Origin: Paramecium tetraurelia
Lineage: Eukaryota
Direction: 5' to 3'
NCBI GenBank assembly: GCA_000165425.1
Contig: CT868671.1
Location: 129,027-193,026 of the forward strand
Length of the DNA stretch: 64,000 nt
How positions within the stretch are numbered: position 1 is the first letter of the stretch; each line of letters opens with the position of its first letter. The position numbers and the translations under genes are program-made. Of the stretch, positions 41,301 through 53,862 are shown piece by piece. Under the pieces are notes generated by a model. The model searched no databases. It was not told the origin of the DNA and saw nothing but the letters and a program-made list of their open reading frames with translations.

Positions 41301-41728
41301 GCACATTTAACATTTTTCTAGGTAATAGATAAGCTTGAAATTTTGTACTACTCTAATAAATTTTTTGAATTTGGATTTGAAAAAATATAAAAACATTAAA
41401 ATTAGATATTTTACATTTCAAGTCAATAAGATTTTTTAATATTTATCCATATATTGTGATTAAAATAAGGTAGAATAGATCAGACGGACATAAGATTTTC
41501 ATCCTCAATTAATTAAGATGAATTTTTGAAATTGTATACATACAACAGCTTATTATTATTGGCTAGTATTAGTAGAGGAGTAAAAGCAATATTTTTAATT
41601 CAAAAAGGTTTAGCAAATTCTTGTAAAATTAAAGGATAAATAATTGTGCATAAATTTCAATACCCTGTTTTAAAGATTGGTTAAGTTTGAAAAATTATTA
41701 TCAAAATATAAATATTTAATTTAAATAT

Positions 41729-41835
41729 TCAAACATCTTACTATTAAATTTCTAATACTTTTATTTGAAGCAATTCACTTCCAACATTTACTACTTAATA
41801 AATTGAACATTCTGTATTAGATCTGTTAATTATAC
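41729..41835 (-). pseudogene. 3' terminal fragment of a family gene
   Basis: Reverse complement reads ...TECSIYQVVNVGSELLQIKVLEI..QDV-TGA. Confidence 0.7.
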
Positions 41836-42649
41836 TTAAAATAAATTGAAGATTAAAAAAAATGAAAGGGTCAGGAAGGATAAATATATAGTATTGGAAT
41901 AAATTATAATTAAAATACACATTCCTCTCTTTTATAAAACCAAAAGACTTGTTACTTTTGACTATTTATATAGTCAGGCATGTGATGATTACAAAAATAA
42001 ATTACACATAGTTACATGTTAAAATACTTTAGCAAAATTAAAGTCATCAATTCCCTTATTTTTTAATCATTCTTATTTGGGAAATTGATGATTTGTTGAA
42101 TTGCAAATTGCTACAAATATTATATTCTTAAAATTTAATAAATTGATGCATTTCAAAGCTAGTCTAATTCCTACAATTTTCCCTTAGAAGCTTCAATAAT
42201 ACTGAATATAAGATAAAATTTAAAGATTAGATAAGACAGATATATAAACTTCCACCTTCTCAGTAAATATACATTTGAAATAAATGTAATACTATCTGAA
42301 TTTAACTATTTTAAAGATAACAAGTAAGATGTGCCTCTATTCTAGAGTAGATCGCTGCCTAGTTCAAAATGGTACCAATCCGACATTAAATTTCATTTAA
42401 CACTATATCTAATCATTGTTGTTTAATTAATTTGACTTTAAATAAGAAAGATAACCAAAGTAAAGAATAAACTAGGATGCTAATAAATTTACATGTTAGT
42501 AGAATTCCCTAAGAATAATCCGAAAAGAAGAAAGTAATGGCAAAGTTACAGATTACTTTTCTGAATTATGAAGTTTTTAGCAAAATTTAGTAAAATTAAA
42601 GCAAACCACACGGACAAAAATTTCAATGACGTGCTTATGAAAAAAACTT

Positions 42650-42749
42650 TATGTAGTCATTGGGCTAATGTTTTGAAAGCTATAATATCCCACTTTTTTT
42701 ATGTCATAGCTCAGCATAATGGAATTTTAAAATACATATTTAATTTTAT
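42650..42749 (-). pseudogene. Decayed exon-1 relic of a family gene (ATG mutated to ATA) with retained upstream region
   Basis: Minus strand ataaaattaaat...gctatgacataaaaaaagtgggatattatagctttcaa resembles exon 1 (…LA.TQEQWDII.QSFQ); 42790-43080 resembles 52600-52860. Confidence 0.55.
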
Positions 42750-43305
42750 CAATTTTAATTTAATTATCTCAATTTAAATTTTTGGAGACTTTATTTTCCA
42801 GTTAAAAGGAAATTATATAGAAATGTTTTTTATTTAGTAATTTTAATCTTATTAGGAATAATATCACAAGAGTTTGTTAATCATACTTATTGATTAATAA
42901 AGTAGATTGATAAATGTTTTAGATTGAAATTATAAATCAATTAATTTTTATAAATGACTCTAAACACAATTAATTATATTGCTATAAAAGTTTATGATGA
43001 TTGAAATATAATTAAAATTTGGAGATTAACATCTTGATTCAAAAATTATTAAAATTAAATTGAAAAAAAGTAAAATAGTAATTAATTAATAGTTTTATTA
43101 TGCATTCTCCTCAAGACTTTAGACCTAAAACATTAAGAACTAAATACAATCCATAAAACAAAAAAGTTATGAAGAATTATTTTCATATCATAAAAACTAA
43201 AATGAATCTATTAAAAACATTAAGATTTGCATATCTTTCAAAACATGCTAAAAAATTTGTATAACTTCAAATTGATATATTGTTATAATTATGCAATTTA
43301 TGTAT

Positions 43306-44948
43306 TCAAACATTTTGTTATAAAATTTCTAATATTTTAATTTGAACTGACTCATTAGCAGCAGTTGCTACTTAATAAATTGAGCATTCAGTATTAGATG
43401 TGTTAATTATTAAATCTTATTCTGAAACTTAAAATCTAGCATTATAAATTATAAAAGTGTTAGCCCCATAGCAAACATCGGAAAATTATTACTCAATTTA
43501 AGACTGGCATTGGAAGCATTTTATAAAATAGCTTTAAAATTTTTTATTAGCATAGCATTTTACATATATTCGAAAATTCAATATTTTTTAACTATTATTA
43601 ATTGAATATGTGAATGTTCCTTAAGTAACTATTTATTAATTAGTTTCTAGTATATTGATCTCTATAGGAATTCTCTCATCTGAATGTGGATCTTGAACTT
43701 AATTAATTAAAACTTATGATAAAAGATAAAAAGGTGCTTTATTAGAATTAATCAATACAATTAATGCATAGATTGTTGTAAGTGATCCATCCACTTGAAC
43801 AATGAGTACAATCTGTTTTTAAAGGACCGAGACATTGATCGCAACCATTACAACATTTTGCAAGATATAGAGTAAATGCTCTTATTCCCCAATATGCACT
43901 TACAGATGCCGAATACTAATTAGTTCTCATAGTTATTTTGCATGATGATGATGAATGAGGTAAAGTAATTCCAATGTTAACTATTCTTTCTAATCCAGTG
44001 TATCCACAAATAGAATAGACACCTGTACTTTTTAAAACCGTTTAATTATAAATTTAATCATCTACCAGTAACTCAAAGTTTTCATTATTCCATGTATCAA
44101 TTTTAAAAAGTTATAAATTTATTTAAATTGTATAATGAGGACTCAAGTTTGGTATAGTTTTTTCTAATTTATCACCTGGTGCCAAATAAAACTGTCCTCC
44201 AGCAATATCAAAGCTTACACATTTAGATGGTATAGGCGAGCTATTAACATTTTTGATCCATCCATTAAGCGCTATTGATGATTGCCACAGTGATAAAAAC
44301 CAAATCCAATAGTAGCAATTATCAAAAATATCGTCTGAGCAATATAAACAACCAGAAGGACATTTTACAATTGACAAAGTAAAATCTCTGATTCCCCAAC
44401 TTTCCTTCAATATATATTTTATTTTACATCTGTTGGAGGTTGATTAAGATTTGAAGTTATTAAAATAATTAATGATTCTAGGGTATGATTCATATTAAAG
44501 GTTATAATTTCAACTAAATCCTTCTCAGTTGACATTCCACATAATGAGTCCCCTTCCCAAAATTGATAAACTTTTGTAAATGATTTATCATCTACAAACA
44601 TATAGACATATTCAGCATCCCAACTATCAATTCTACTTTTTAGATGAGAAATACTTCCAAAATTCAAAAGTAAGATTTATTTTATAATGAGGAGGTAAGG
44701 AAAACAGCTTGGATAATATTGTATTTGCTCCAAATAAATTATATCCCCCATACAATCTAGAACCAGCACAAGTTGAAAATGTCAATCCATTATAATTATT
44801 ACTTAAAATCCAGCCTAAATAATTTAATTTGTAAATAACCAGATGTATCCATTGTGTTAGTATCTTGAAAGCTTTGGTATATAATATCCCATTGTTCTAA
44901 TGTGTTAGCTAAACACAACAAAATTAAAATAAATATATTATGTTTCAT
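43306..44948 (-). CDS. Secreted IDSWD-domain family protein, copy 8
   Basis: MKHNIFILILLCLANTLEQWDIIYQSFQD; IDSWDAEYVYMFVDD; ESWGIRDFTLSIVKCPSGC; ends KILEILQQNV-TGA. Confidence 0.87.
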
Positions 44949-45282
44949 CTATTTTAATATAATTATCATATATTAATGTGTTGCTTCCCAAAATTAAGGA
45001 AGGCTCTGTAATCACAATTTTAAAGATAGAAAAAAAATTTCAAAAACATTTCATATTGTTATTGATTTATAAAAAAAGAGTTGTTATTAAATGTTGTTGT
45101 TGAAATTATAAATCAATTAACGTTAATATAATATCTCAATACTCTTCTATTATTTTACTAATAGTTATGTACTTTTTTTTCTCTTATTACTACATTCTAT
45201 ATGGCTGACACAGATTTATAAAATGTAGCATTAAACAACAATTTATTCTATTTGTTTTTAAGAGATATAAAGTATTAAAATA

Positions 45283-45355
45283 GAGAGCTTAGCTCAGATG
45301 GTAGAGCGAGAGACTCCATATCTTTCGGTCATGTGTTCGATCCACATAGCTCTTC
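45283..45355 (+). tRNA. tRNA-Trp (CCA), with atypical positions
   Basis: Cloverleaf: GAGAGCT/AGCTCTT acceptor stem, GCTC/GAGC D-stem, AGAGA/TCTTT anticodon stem with loop CTCCATA, ATGTG-TTCGATC-CACAT T-arm; followed by a T7 Pol III terminator. Confidence 0.85.
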
Positions 45356-45599
45356 TTTTTTATATTTTTTCAATAATAATTAAATAATCATAATATAATA
45401 GCATTAAATTATTTATGTACAATAGTATTTAAAATACAATAATAATACCCTTTTTATTATTACTATTTATGAATAAACACTAATATATTTATTCATTTAA
45501 CTCATTTATATATCATAATTCACTTCAATAAATAAAATATAATGTAATAATCCAAAAATTATAATAATTCACACTTCTGTTTGATTTTTCACAAAAATT

Positions 45600-48500
45600 G
45601 TAATAATATCTTTTGTATTCAATTGCTTTAACTCAATTTGATAGGGTCTTAATTCATTCAATGGATTTAATTATTGATAAAGCCTTTTACTTAAATAATA
45701 TAGAGCTCACAACATAAAAAGGAGTTACATTCTTTATAATTTCAATAATTATTCATATTTAATGAAATTGATTCGCTGCTCTAAAAGGCTTAATTTAATT
45801 TTTCTTCTCATTTTTCTTTTAATTCCTCCTAACCATCATTATTAATTTATCCTTGATTTAGTGCTTCTTCTCTTACTATTTAAAAATTTATTTACTCATT
45901 CATACTTATTGTTGTATACAAAGATATTATAAGGTATAATTCATTCCTCTATAGCTTCAAGTCTGATTATATCTTATTAACTCTTTAATATATAATATGT
46001 ATATCGATTTAAAATTTCCTTATTGAAATTGATGGTACTAATAAATGTATTTAGCTGATGTTTTAGAAATTTCTTTTAGTTTAGCTAGTTATACATAAAT
46101 ATAAAATGGTCAATTAATCAAATTAGGTTAGTTACTTGTTTCAATTTAAAATTCTTAAATCTATAGTTTATGTAATATCATATAAGGTATATCGTTAAAC
46201 CTATCCTGAATAACAAGCTATCATTCTCTTCTGCAATTAATGATGTCTCTATAAAGTTGAAACAACTTATAATGGTCCATGTAATAGATTGTTCCCTTTG
46301 TTTTAATATATAATTTTGAAATAAAGTTCATTTGCTAATAATCACCTCATGCAAATATTGTCAGACTTTTATATGGATATTTAATAATAAAAAAAACTAA
46401 TAATTATTTATAGATCAAAATAATTCTTTAATGAACTAGGACTTGAATGTGGATGATTTCTTCTAAATAAAAAGAAATTATTACTAAGCAACCGCTCAAA
46501 AATAGTTAAGATGGAAAAAATATAGATGAAAAAGGAATATTGTAGCGAGGAACTTAAAAAGATAAAATAATAAATGCCTCATAATTAGAGTAGAATCCTT
46601 TTTCCTAAAATAATATCAGCATTCTCCTTTTTCAGTGTCATATTCATATAGTAAATATCAAACTAAGGATTCAAATATTGAAATATATACCTAACAAAGA
46701 GAGACACATAAGGATTTTCATGATTCTTTTATATTAAAAAGATTAGTTGAAACGATCAAACCTATATACATCTTCATTATGCCTATCAAATTACTAAAAC
46801 TTAACTCAGAATCTACAAAGTCAACTTAGAAAGTATTTAGGTATTAGTAAATGATATAATACATATTTCATTTTTATAGAGCATCCTTTTCAGTTAAAGT
46901 ATAAAAAATGTGATAAGATTGTTGAAAAATAAAATAACAGAGAAATTGAATGATAAGTATAATATTTAGATGGGCATCCTGAAGTGACAAACATTAGTTG
47001 AAAAAAGAAGGATTATGTTATAAAGATAAAAATATGATCAGTTGTCCAAAAATGAAAAACGGAACGAAAACAATAAATAATAATTGCCTTAACACTAAAT
47101 TAATACAATTTTAATGAAGATAGAAATTTCTATGAAAATGACACTTATCAACTTCCATTACACTAAGAAATGATGAAGCATCAATTACACACGTGAATTA
47201 TAGTCGATTATTAGAACCAATGAAGATAGCAAATGCTGTAAGATCCTGATTAACTCATCTTAAATTCTTTTCTTTTGAGATAATGGCTAGTTCATTAGCA
47301 TAAAATAAAATATATAAAACAGATCCACAAGATTTATCCCTCTGTCTTTGATATAAATAAAATTTATATAAGTAAATGATGCTATCTTAGAAGACTCCAT
47401 TAATAAGTGAGAATTTTCTTTTCCTTGAACTATATATTAACTACAAATAAGGATTTTAAGAGATAAAGCTCTTACAATTCTAGAATATACTTTCTCTAAT
47501 ATTGAGCATCCCTTCATGAAGAATTCTAATCTATTTTGGAAATGAGAAATTAAACTGATCTAAAAGAAAGAGAAAAACATAATTATGATAATAACAGACT
47601 ATGACCTAGTTTGCTGGACTTAATACAATAATAAGTTGGATAAAAAACAAACTTAAAAAAGTAAATGTAATCCTAAGATGCAGTACTCAAAGGAAATTAT
47701 ATGATACATAATTAAAATATTTTTCTTTTTAATTTTGTTGTAATTAAATATTTCACTTGTAACGATTATTCATCAGATATTTAAAATAGTTATTTTATTG
47801 CTTGCACATTTAGCATTTTTTTTCTATTAATTAAAATCGAATTTTTTATAAATTTTATTTAATTTCTATTATTAATAAACGTAAACTCATTAATAGATAT
47901 TTCATTCAAAATCTCCATTTTATTAAAAAAAAAATTTACTTATGGATAAGAAGACATCTGAAAGGAGATCCATTTATATTTGAAAGACAGCTCAAAAAAT
48001 AATGCGAAAATTTACATTTAGATTTCAAATTATTGTTATTAATGAGAAATGAGGTAATATGTTTTTCTCAATAATCAAGAAAATAAATAGTAAACTACAT
48101 ATTGAGATTAGCTATGTGTTAAATTTAAGCAATAATAATTTTGATGGAAAATTAGCTCCAAAACTAGTCAATATTCTAGCTACCAAATGAAATTATCCTA
48201 GCTTATGGAAGTATTCAAAAATAAGAATTTGATTTCAACTCTCAGATAGAATTGATAAAGATCAGAACATTTACTTATTCAATTTATACATAAAATGGAT
48301 GGTAAAATAGGAGACTTAATATATTAATTAGTGTTTAGAATTAATCGAAATAGAGAACGTTATTGACTACTCTTATATACTAAGAATAAGAAGCTAATAA
48401 ATTTACAGTTTTTACATGTTGGTTGATTTACTTAAGAATCAAATCTGAGAATAAAGAAAGTAATGTTAAAGCAACAGACGAGTTTATCAAATATAAAAGT

Positions 48501-48600
48501 GTTAGTGAAAATCTTGAGCAAAATCTAGAAAAATAGCTGATATTAGACATAAATAAGAATATAGCCTATATGTCAATTAAATCAAATTGACAGATTATAG
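45600..48600 (+). pseudogene. Decayed gene relic, possibly TPR-like
   Basis: Fragments such as DKALTILEYTFSNIEHP and LDGHPEVTNI amid stops; shares blocks with 12600-14780 and 38815-41100. Confidence 0.3.
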
Positions 48601-49327
48601 CCAGATAAAAGGGTTGGAGCTAATTTAAGATTTTTCAAGGATATGAATGGAGATTTAGAATGAAGAGATATTGATATTTCTTATAGTAAAAGACTTTTAA
48701 TTTAATTTCTAATTACTTGCTGTGTGGGCTTTTTTATTTGTCTTCCTTGCCTCCTCTTGGATGATATGGGTTTTAGAATCATAAAAGATGATTTCAAGAG
48801 ATAAAGCAATTAGAAAAGATCAAAAATCGGATACATTAATGAAATAAATTATGAATCAATTTCTATTTTAAGATTTATGGAAGAATAGAAAATTGGAAAC
48901 TTTAATATGCTTTGGAGAGGTTAGTTAATTTCTCTAAAAAAAGAGTTTTTCATTAATTCAAATATAATTAATCTAGACTAATTTTTTAATGAGTCATCAG
49001 TTATTTCCAAATTGATATTTTTAAATTTTGTTACTTTAAATTAAACTAAGGCTAAAGCTAAAATTTATCAAGTGTGCATCTTAAGTGTAATATTGCAAGA
49101 GTTATATCAGGGTTGAAATTCACACAAATACTTAAGACTGAGTAACAAACACATCAAAAAAAAGACAAACCATTTGTTAGATTTTCAAGAAAAATTTACT
49201 AAATAGGAAAGTTTAGTAAGATTTAGTAAAATTAAATTTTGTGAAAAAGCTTTGGATAACATGCACTAAATTTTGATTATATTAAAAATTAATATTATGA
49301 TAAAATATATATATGTAATTTGAATAA

Positions 49328-50988
49328 TCAAACATTCTGTTATAAAATTTGTAATAATTTGATTTGAAGCTATTCGTTTCCAACATTTACTACTTAATAA
49401 ATTGAACATTCAGTATCAGAAGAATTTATTATCAATTATTATTCTGAAACTGTTTTTTATTGAAATCTGGCATTATAAATTATTGAATTTATAGCCCCAT
49501 AACAATAATGCTAAAATTAATACTAGTTTTAAGATTAACATTCGATACACTTTATAAAATAGCTTAACATTTTTTTATTAGGATAGCATTTTGCATAGAC
49601 TCTGATATTCAATATTTATAGATTTTTATCAATTGTATATGTGAATGTTCCTTAAGTAACTACTTATTAATTAGTTTCTAATAGATTGATTTCCATAGGA
49701 ATCCTTTCATGTGACTTTGGATCTTTAATTTAAGTAATTCGGATGGTTATACCCAACATAGGAGAAGCTTTTAATACGTATAATGAGTACGATAAATGCA
49801 TAAGCTATTGTAAAAGACCCATTCCCTTATACATACAGAACAATCAGTTTTTAAAGGACCTAGACATTGTTTACAACCATAATAACAGTTTTATGCAATA
49901 TATATATTAAATGCCCTTATTCCCCAATAAGCATCTGTAGTTGCTACATTATGATTGGTCTACATTGTTATTTTACATGATGATGATGAATGAGGTAAAG
50001 TAACTGCAATGTTAAATATACTTTCTAATCCAGTGGATCCACAAATAGAGTAAGAACCTGTAGTTCCTAAAACAATTTACTTTTAAATTTAATCGTCTAC
50101 CAGTAACTCAAAGTTTTCATTATTCCATGTATCAATTTTCCAAAGTTATACACTTATTTAAATTTAATAATGAAAAATCAAGTTTTGTATAATTTTTTCT
50201 AACTTATCACTTGGTGCTAAGTTAAGGTATCCTCCAACAAGATCAAAACTTACACATTTATATGTTGAAGGTTAGATATTATCATTTTTCAACCATCCAT
50301 CAAGCAAGATTGATTCATGCCACAGCGATAAAATACCAGTCCATTAATAACAATTATTATAATCATTGTCTGAACAAAATAAACAACCCAAAGGACATCT
50401 TACTATAGATAATGTAAAATCTCTAAATGCCCAACTTTCCTTTAATATTATTACATTTTACTGAATGGGCTGTCTCATCCAGATTAGTAGTCATAATTAA
50501 GAATAATGATTCAGAGATATGATTCATTATAATTGTAACAGGCACACCTATCTCATTCCTATTAATTTAATTCGATCCACAAAGTTAGGTCCCATCATCG
50601 TATAAAAATTATTTTTGCCGAGATACATCATCCGCAAAAAAATAAACATATTCAGCATTCCAACTATCAATTCTAAATTTTATACGAGAAATACTTCCAA
50701 AATTCAAAAGTAACGTTGATTTAATAATGAGGAGGTAAAGAAAAGTGTTTAGATACTGTTGTATTAGGTCCAAATGAGTTATATCCTCCAAACAATCTAG
50801 TGCCATTACATGTAGAAAATAATATTCCATTAAAATTATTAAGTACAATCCAGCCTAAATAATTTAATTTGTAAATAACCCGATGCATCCATTGTGTTAG
50901 AATCTTGAAAGCTTTTGTATATAATATCCCATTGTTCTTATGTGCTAGCTAAAGAGAATAAGAAGAAAATAAATATATTTAGTGTCAT
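49328..50988 (-). CDS. Secreted IDSWD-domain family protein, copy 9
   Basis: MTLNIFIFFLFSLASTQEQWDIIYKSFQD; IDSWNAEYVYFFADD; C-terminal exon close to copy 1; ends KLLQILQQNV-TGA. Confidence 0.87.
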
Positions 50989-51970
50989 TTATTTTAATAT
51001 AATTGAAATATTAAAAACTATATAATCAATATAAATTAATAATGTTAGAGGCGTTATAACATCCTTTATACCTACTGTTTTATTGTAGATAAATTCTAAG
51101 GTACAAACGATTCCTCTTTAACTTCAAGATTGATAATATGATTTTAATTAGTAGATAAAATTCAGAATAGGAAGATAAGATTATAGTATATCAAAAAAGA
51201 ACCTAACGCCTAGGATAGAACAAAGAAATTAAAAAGTGAGTAAGAATTTATATATACCCCTTTAGGCATGTGATGGTTAAAAATGATAAAATACACACAA
51301 ACGTATATATTAGTTTATGTTAGGTAAAATTAAAAATCTTTAGTTCCCTTATATTTAACTATTCTTATTTTAATGTCTCAACCATTAAAAACTAGACTAT
51401 GGATATTCTTAATTTGCAAATAGTTTATAAATTTTATAAATGAATACATTTTAAAGCTGGTTTAATTTGAAAATTTTCCCTCAGAAGGAGCGATAATATG
51501 AATTAAAGATAAATTTAAAGATAAGATCATAAACTATAAAAGCAACCTTCTTACTCAATAACTATTTGCATTAACAAGTAATACTATCTGAATTTATAGC
51601 ATTTAAATGAACAAGCAAGACTCATCTTGATTCTAGAACTGATTGCTGGTTGGTTCGATATTGAACCATTTCGAGATTAAATTTCATTTAAAACTCTATA
51701 AATTAAATTTAGATAAGAAAAATAACAAAAATAAAGAATGAACAATAGTTTAGAATGTAAAACAGCTTTTACATTCTAAAATAAGATGTTAATAAACCTA
51801 AGAACTAATCCAAAATCGAAGAAATTAATGGCAAAGTAACAGATTATTATTTTTCTGAAATAGGAAAGTTTAGCAAGATTTAGTAATATTAAATTTGGAA
51901 AAAAAACCTTTGAATAACGTGCTCTAAATTTTTGTTATATTGAAAATTATATTATACTTAAATAGTCTGT

Positions 51971-52543
51971 TCAATGTTTACAATTAGAAGGACAATCTAC
52001 AATTAATAATGTAAAATCTCTGATTCCCAAAATTTCATTTAATACTTGTGATATTTTGCATCATTAGGAGCTTGATTAACATTTGGAGTTATTATAAAAA
52101 TTAATGGTTTTGATATTTGATTTATATTAAATGTATTTAGGTCAATCAAATCATTTTTGCTTCCACATCCACTTTAATCCGTTGCTCTCTGTCCAATTAT
52201 AACTTTTTGACCTTAATTTATTATCTACGATTACATATACAAATTCATTATCCCAATATCCAATCTACTTTTATTTTAGAAATTCTTCAAAAATTCAAAA
52301 GTTACTTTGATTTAATGATGAGGAGGCAAAGAAACATATCTAGATATTATTGTATTTGCTCCAAATGTGTCAGCTCCTCCAAATAATCTAAAATCGTTGT
52401 ACGTAGAAAATAAGCTTCCATAATTTTTGTTACTTAATATCCACAATATTTTTGTATATTTATATAATTACATATTTTGATTAATTCTAATGTCTTTAGT
52501 GCAGTTAGGCATAATAAGATTAAAGGAATATATTTAGTTTCAT
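51971..52543 (-). pseudogene. Truncated family copy 10 (first domain only)
   Basis: LPPHHQIKVTFEF; YWDNEFVYVIVD; GIRDFTLLIVDCPSNCKH then TGA where Cys is expected; damaged exon 1. Confidence 0.75.
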
Positions 52544-53862
52544 CAATTTTAATTTAATTTTTGCATTTAGTTTTTTGATTCTTAATCTTCAGTTAAAATG
52601 GAATGTTAAAGAAAGATTTTTTTTTGTAATTTTAAACTTATTAGGAATAATATCTTTAAGAATTTTTTATTCGTTATTCATTTATAAACAAGATTCGTTG
52701 ATCCAATACTTTTAATTAAAATTATTAATCAATTATATTTATATATAAGACCAAACACAATTACGTATATGCCTTAGTATATTTGATTGTTGAAGTAAGA
52801 TTGAAATGAATTATTTAATTCGTATTAATTCACAACTACTACTTATATTAAATTTAAAAAGTAACCGCATAATTATACACTTATATTTAAACTTTATTCT
52901 CAAAACAATTAATAGTATTTTGGGCCTGGAACTTTCCCAACTAAACATTATTCAAAAAAACAAAATTGTGAATAATTGTTTTCCTATTTATATTCATAAT
53001 AATAAAGCCAATTTTGTTTTACGATGCTTTCTCTTATTAATTTTATATATAATTCAATAATTTTTAAGTATTATTTGGAACCTTAATTTTTCGTTTGCAT
53101 CAGCAATATTTCAATTAACTATTTGGATATCTATTAGCAAATGATAAATTCTTCAGGTTTAACTAATACTAGTGCTCGCTTTAGTGCTAATATTGTATGC
53201 TAAGGTTGTAATTCAAATTTCCATCTTAAAGGCCATTTTCAAATTGTTGTTTTCTTTTTTGAGAGGTTCAAAATCATTGCGATTATATAATTTTTCTAAT
53301 ACTTATGTATTTTCTATTTCTTCTGGGTGAATGTCAAACATCAATTCATAATTTCATCTGTTTCAATTGTTGGAAACAGTTGATAAATACAAAAACGTAT
53401 TTATCAATGAATAATTATTTTTTATAGACATAATTAAATTGGCTTTATTTAATATAGTAAAAAGGTGGTTGTTAGCCAATTTGGAAAATTTATTTTTTAA
53501 ATTTAGTATTAATTTCTTAATTTCTATGTGAAAAATAAAACAGTATTGATGTTCTTTATTTTGTTGATGAAGTTGAATAAGGATTACGGAATAGGTAAAT
53601 TATATTTTTAGATATTATAATTACAAAGAAATATAGAATAACTTTAAAGTGAGTTTTAATTCTAAGATCTCTAATTCAGAAATGTCAGATGGAGTTTATT
53701 AAAATTTATATGCTTATGTAGATAATAATGGAGATAAATTCAATTTCCAGTTAAAATTCTAACAATTAACCTTTCTAGAGTACTTTACAAAAAAGCAATT
53801 AGAAGCAATAAATTATTAATTGCATTAAATAAAAATAAAAAAAATTTACTTAGAATCTATTC

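Larger units (their letters stand above)
35891..41835. repeat. Segmental duplication unit B (copy of ~9511-15430)
   Basis: Begins with the last ~15 codons of the EGF-7TM gene (tgttaagaaaatt.gaaagcagaataaatttgatcactttatattga) and continues colinearly. Confidence 0.85.

Noticed and set aside
53100..53850. Possible small genes upstream of 53863
   Set aside because: Short interrupted frames with no support.
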